Assembly (NCBI RefSeq): GCF_009914755.1
Contig: NC_060934.1
Length of the DNA stretch: 64,000 nt
Direction: 5' to 3' (one strand)
From: the human T2T-CHM13v2.0 reference genome, Homo sapiens
The stretch's first letter is position 1, and the number at the start of each line of letters is the position of its first letter. The notes beneath the pieces are model-generated. The model worked only from the letters and a program-made list of their open reading frames with translations, was not told the origin of the DNA and did not search any database. This document shows positions 59,134 to 64,000 of this stretch, piece after piece. The position numbers and the translations under genes were made by a program.

Positions 59134-61594
59134 TAAGTTCCTTAGTGTTTATTTGTTCGAATTGAACATGGCTCAGGGAGATGGAGACTGGGACTTACTC
59201 AGTTACTGCAGGCTGACTGCTCTTGGTTTCTTCCATGTACCTAGTTGCCCCAAAGAAAGTGGGCAGCCTGGACACTTGCAGAGATATTCTGGGCTGCTAA
59301 ATCATGAGGGTGAGACTCTCTTAATCCTTAACCATCTTCATTTCATTTCCCAAATTTTCAGATGCTTAGATGCCTGAATAAAGGTAAGGTTCGACATGCT
59401 GAAGATACCAACATGGCTAAGACTGTTCTCTGTCCTTGAGGATCTCATGGTCAAGCAGGAAGCAGACAGACAGGTTCATTTCTATGAATGGTTCAGCAGG
59501 ACTAGCTCAAGATAGGACAACCGTGGGAAGAATAGAAAGGGAGACCACCAGATGGAAAAGGACTGTAGGAGGGTCCTCTTCTCCAGGTTATCCTGAGCGT
59601 GGCTCAGAAAGTCATAGGTCCTGCCCATCTGAGCCTCTAGAACTCCACCCAGATGCGAGGATGGAATAGGGCAGAAACGCAGCTGGTCTCCTTCACCTTT
59701 CTTGGGGGAGCATTCTTTTGGGAAAGTCACCTTCCCTTCCCACAAGTCCCCCCTGCCATTTCTACATAATACTTAGGCTTTCTGGCCCTAAGGCCTGCTG
59801 TGATTCTGTTGAAGGCCAATTGTCCCTCACCTCAACACTTGAACTAGAATTCTTTATTATTCTTCTTATTATTATTATACTTTAAGTTCTAGGGTACAAG
59901 TGCACAACATGCAGTTTTGATACATAGGTATACATGTGCCATGTTGGTTTGGTGCACCCATCAACTCGTCATTAACATTAGGTATTTCTCCTAATGCTAT
60001 CCCTCCCCAAGCCCCCCACCCCACAACAGGCCTTGGTGTGTGATGTTCCCCACCCTGTGTCCAGGTGTTCTTATTGTTCAGTTCCCACCTATGAGTGAGA
60101 ACATGCAGTGTTTGGTTTTGTCTTTGTGAAAGTTTGCTGAGAATGATGGTTTCCAGCTTCATCCATGTCCCTGCAAAGAACATTAACTAATTCTTTTTTA
60201 TTGCTGCATAGTATTCCATGGTGTATATGTGCCACATTTTCTTAATCCAGTCTATCATTGTTGTACATTTGGGTTGGTTCCAAGCCTTTGCTATTGTGAA
60301 TAGTGCCACAATAAACATACGTGTGCATGTGTCTTTATAGCAGCATGATTTTATAATCCTTTGGGTATATACTCAGTAATGGAATTGCTGGGTCAAATGG
60401 TATTTCTAGTACTAGATCCTTGAGGAATTGCCACACTGTCTTTCAAATGGTTGAAGTAATTTACATTCCCAGCAACAGTGTGAAAGTGTTCCTATTTCTC
60501 CACATCCTCTCCAACATCTGTTGTTTTCTGACTTTTTAATGATCGCCATTCTAACTGGCGTGAGACAGTATCTCACTGTGGTTTTGATTTGCGTTTCTCT
60601 GATGACCAGTGATGACGAGCATTTTTTCATGTGTCTGTTGGTTGCATAAATGTCTTCTTTTGAGAAGTATCTGTTCATATCCTTTGCCCACTTTCTGATG
60701 GGGTTGTTTGTTTTTTTCTGGTAAATTTGTTTGAGTTCTTTGTAGATTCTGGATATTAGCCATTTGTCAGATGTTTAGATTGCAAAAATTTTCTCCCATT
60801 CTGTAGGTTGCCTGTTCACTCTGATGGTAGTTTCTTTTGCCGTGAAGGAGCTCTTTAGTTTAATTAGATCCCATTTGTCTATTTTGGCTTTTGTTACCAT
60901 TGCTTTTGGTGTTTTAGTCATGAAGTCCTTGCCCGTACCTATGTCCTGAATGGTATTGCCTAGGTTTTCTTCTAGGATTTTTATGGTTTTAGGTCTAACG
61001 TTTATGTCTTTAATCAATCTTGAATTAATTTTTGTATAAGGTGTAAGGAAGGGATCCAGTTTCAGCTTTCTCCATATGGCTAGCCAGTTTTCCCAGCACC
61101 ATTTATTAAACAGGGAATCCTTTCCCCATTTCTTGTTTTTGTCAGATTTATCAAAGATCAGATGGTTGCAGATGTGTGGTGTTATTTCTGAGTCCTCTGT
61201 TCTGTTCTATTGGTCTGTATATCTGTTTTGGTACCAGTACCATTCCGTTTTGGTTACTGTGCCCTTGTAGTATAGTTCGAAGTCAGGTAGTGTGATGCCT
61301 CTGGCTTTGTTCTTTTTGCTTAGGATTGTCTTGGCAATGCGGGCTCTTTTTTGGTTCCATATGAACTTTAAAGTAGTTTTTTTCCAATTCTGTGAAGATA
61401 GTCATTGGTAGCTTGATGGGGATGGCACTGAATCTATAAATTACCTTGGGCAGTATGGCCATTTTCACAATATTGATTCTTCCTATCCATGAGCATGGAA
61501 TGTTCTTCCATTTGTTTGTGTCCTCTTTTATTTCATTGAGCAGTGGTTTGTAGTTCTCCTTGAAGAGGTCCTTCACATCCATTGTAAGTTGGGT

Positions 61595-62620
61595 TTATAG
61601 GTATTTTATTCTCTTTGAAGCAATTGTGAATGGGAGTTCACTCATGATTTGGCTCTCTGTTTGTCTGTTATTGGTGTATAGGAAGGCTTGTAATTTTTGC
61701 ACATTGATTTTGTATCCTGAGACTTTGCTGACGTTGTTTATCAGCTTAAAGAGATTTTGGGCTGAGACGATGGGGTTTTCTAAATGTACAGTCATGTCAT
61801 CTGCAAACAGGGACAATTTGATTTCCTCTTTTCCTAATTGAATACCCTTTATTTCTTTGTCTTGCCTGATTGGCCTGGCCAGAACTTCCAACACTATGTT
61901 GTATAGGAGTGCTGAGTGAGGGCATCCTTGTCTTGTGCCAGTTTTCAAAGGGAATGCTTCCAGTTTTTGCCCATTCACTATGATATTGGCTGTGGGTTTG
62001 TCATAAATAGATCTTATTATTTTGAGATACATCCCATCAATACGTAGTTTATTGAGAGCTTTTAGCATGAAGTGCTGTTGAATTTTGTTGAAGGCCTTTT
62101 CTGCATCTATTGAGATAATCATGTGGTTTTTGTCATTGGTTCTGTTTACGTGATGGATTTCATTTATTGATTTGCATATGTTGAACCAGCCTTGCATCCC
62201 AGGGATGAAGCTGACTTGACCATGGTGGATAAGCTTTTTGATGTGCTGCTGGATTCGGTGTGCCAGTATTTTATTGAGGATTTTTGCATCAATGTTCATC
62301 AGGGATATTGGTCTAAAATTCTGTTTTTTTGTTGTGTCTCTGCCAGCCTTTGGTATCAGGATGATGCTGGCCTCATAAAATGAGTTAGGGAGGATTCCCT
62401 CTTTTTCTATTGATTGGAATAGTTTCAGAAGGAATGGTACCAGCTCCTCTTTGAACCTCTGGTAGAATTCAGCTGTGAATCCATCTGGTCCCAGACTTTT
62501 TTTGGTTTGTAGCCTATTAATTATTGCCTCAATTTCAGAGCCTATTATTGGTCTATTCAGAGATTCAAGTTCTTCCTGGTTTAGTCTTGGGACAATGTAT
62601 GTGTTCAGGAATTTATCCAT
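61595..62620 (-). pseudogene. L1 ORF2p reverse-transcriptase fragment (341-aa open frame)
   Basis: [37 protein letters not shown] and LFADDM motifs; flanked by stops and frameshifts. Confidence 0.9.
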
Positions 62621-62884
62621 TTCTTCTAGATTTTCTAGTTTATTTGCATAGAGTTGTTTATAGTATTCTCTGATAGTAGTTTGTATTTCTGTGGGATCGG
62701 TGGTGATATTCCCTTTATCACTTTTTATTGTGTCTATTTGATTCTTCTCTCTTTTCTTCTTTATTAGTCTTGCTAGCAGTCTATCAATTTTGATGATCTT
62801 TTCAAAAAACCAGCTTCTGGATTCACTGATTTTTTTGAGGGGATTTTTGTGTCTCTATCTCTTTCAATTCTGCTCTGATCTTAG

Positions 62885-63907
62885 TTATTTCTTGCCTTCT
62901 GCTACCTTTTGAATTTGTTTGCTCTTGCTTCTCCAGTTCTTTAACTGTGATGTTAGGATGTCGGTTTTAGATCTTTCCTGCTTTCTCTTGGGGGCATTTG
63001 GTGCTATAAATTTCCCTCTACACACTGCTTTAAATGTGTCCCAGAGATTCTGGTATGTTGTGTCTTTGTTCTCATTGGTTTCAAAGAACATCTTTATTTC
63101 TGCTTTCATTTTGTTATTTAGCCAGTAGTCATTCAGGAGCAGGTTGTTCAGTTTCCATGTAGTTGAGAAGTTTTGATTGAGTTTCTTAATCCTGAGTTCT
63201 AATTTGATTGCACTGTGGTCTAAGAGACAGTTTGTTGTGATTTCTGTTCTTTTCCATTTGCTGAGGAGTGCTTTACTTCCAATTATGTGGTCAATTTTAG
63301 AATAAGTGTGATGTGGTGCTGAGAAGGATGTATATTCTATTGATTTGGGGTGGAGAGTTCTGTAGATGTCTATTAGGTCTACTTGGTGCAGAGCTGAGTT
63401 TAAGTCCTGGATATCCTTATTAACCTTCTGTCTCATTGATCTGTCTAATACTGACAGTGGGGTGTTAAAGTCTCCCATCATTATTGTGTGGGATCCTAAG
63501 TCTCTTTGTAGGTCTCTAAGGACTTGCATTATGAATCTGGGTGCTCCTGTATTGGGTGCATATATATTTAGGATAGTTAGCTCTTCTTGTTGAATTGATC
63601 CCTTTACCATTATGTAATGGCCTTCTTTGTCTCTTTTGATCTTTGTTGGTTTAAAGTCTGTTTTATCAGAGACTAGGATTGCAACCCCTGATTTTTTTCT
63701 TTGCTTTCCATTTGCTTGGTAGGTCTTCCTGCATCCCTTTATTTTGAGCTTATGTGTGTCTCTGCAAGTGAGATGGGTCTCCTGAATACAGGACACTGAT
63801 GGGTCTTTGCTGTTTATCCAATTTGCCAGTCTGTGTCTTTTAATTGGGGCATTTAGCTCATTTACACTTAAGGTTAATATTGTTATGTGTGAATTTGATC
63901 CTGTCAT
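62885..63907 (-). pseudogene. L1 ORF2p endonuclease domain (340-aa open frame, frameshifted downstream)
   Basis: [13 protein letters not shown]...IQETHL...GDFNTPL...; the catalytic N14 and SDH motifs appear altered (TLSVNE, LLDH). Confidence 0.9.
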
Positions 63908-64000
63908 TATGATGTTAGCTGGTTGTTTTGCCCGTTAATTGATGCAGTTTCTTTATAGCATCGATGGTCTTTACAATTTGGCATGTTTTTGCAGTGGCTG

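Larger units (their letters stand above)
59851..64000 (-). mobile_element. L1PA6-like LINE-1 (3'UTR, all of ORF2, end of ORF1); continues beyond the window
   Basis: ttattatactttaagttctagggtac 3' end; ORF2 fragments from 63907 ([13 protein letters not shown]) to ~60100. Confidence 0.92.

Noticed and set aside
59851-64000. Potentially active L1 (340-aa and 341-aa ORF2 frames)
   Set aside because: ORF2 is broken into several frames and the endonuclease motifs are altered; it is an old subfamily.

Overview
Primate (human-like) nuclear genomic DNA, intergenic or deep-intronic. I can support no intact protein-coding gene. The window is dominated by interspersed repeats: a near-full-length L1PB (minus, ~12.2-18.4 kb), a near-full-length L1MA (plus, ~44.3-54.8 kb), L1PA8- and L1PA6-like copies at the right end, six Alus, four MaLR solo LTRs, Tigger2a/MER2/MER5 DNA transposons and MIR/L2 remnants. 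The left end holds a highly diverged, intronless cTAGE5/MIA2-family pseudogene. Three structures stand out. (1) A ~3.2-kb AT-rich (CATATAT-type) compound satellite grown inside the L1MA 3' end, with 23-, 29- and 35-bp sub-arrays and a ~1.2-1.4-kb higher-order duplication. (2) A 96-bp inverted copy of unique DNA from ~1 kb upstream, inserted into an LTR with a fold-back junction. (3) An 850-bp doubly truncated L1 ORF2 fragment with an 8-bp target-site duplication (TSD) and no poly(A), nested in a Tigger2a. Subfamily names come from recalled consensus sequences and need RepeatMasker/Dfam confirmation. I found no evidence of a novel multi-gene system.
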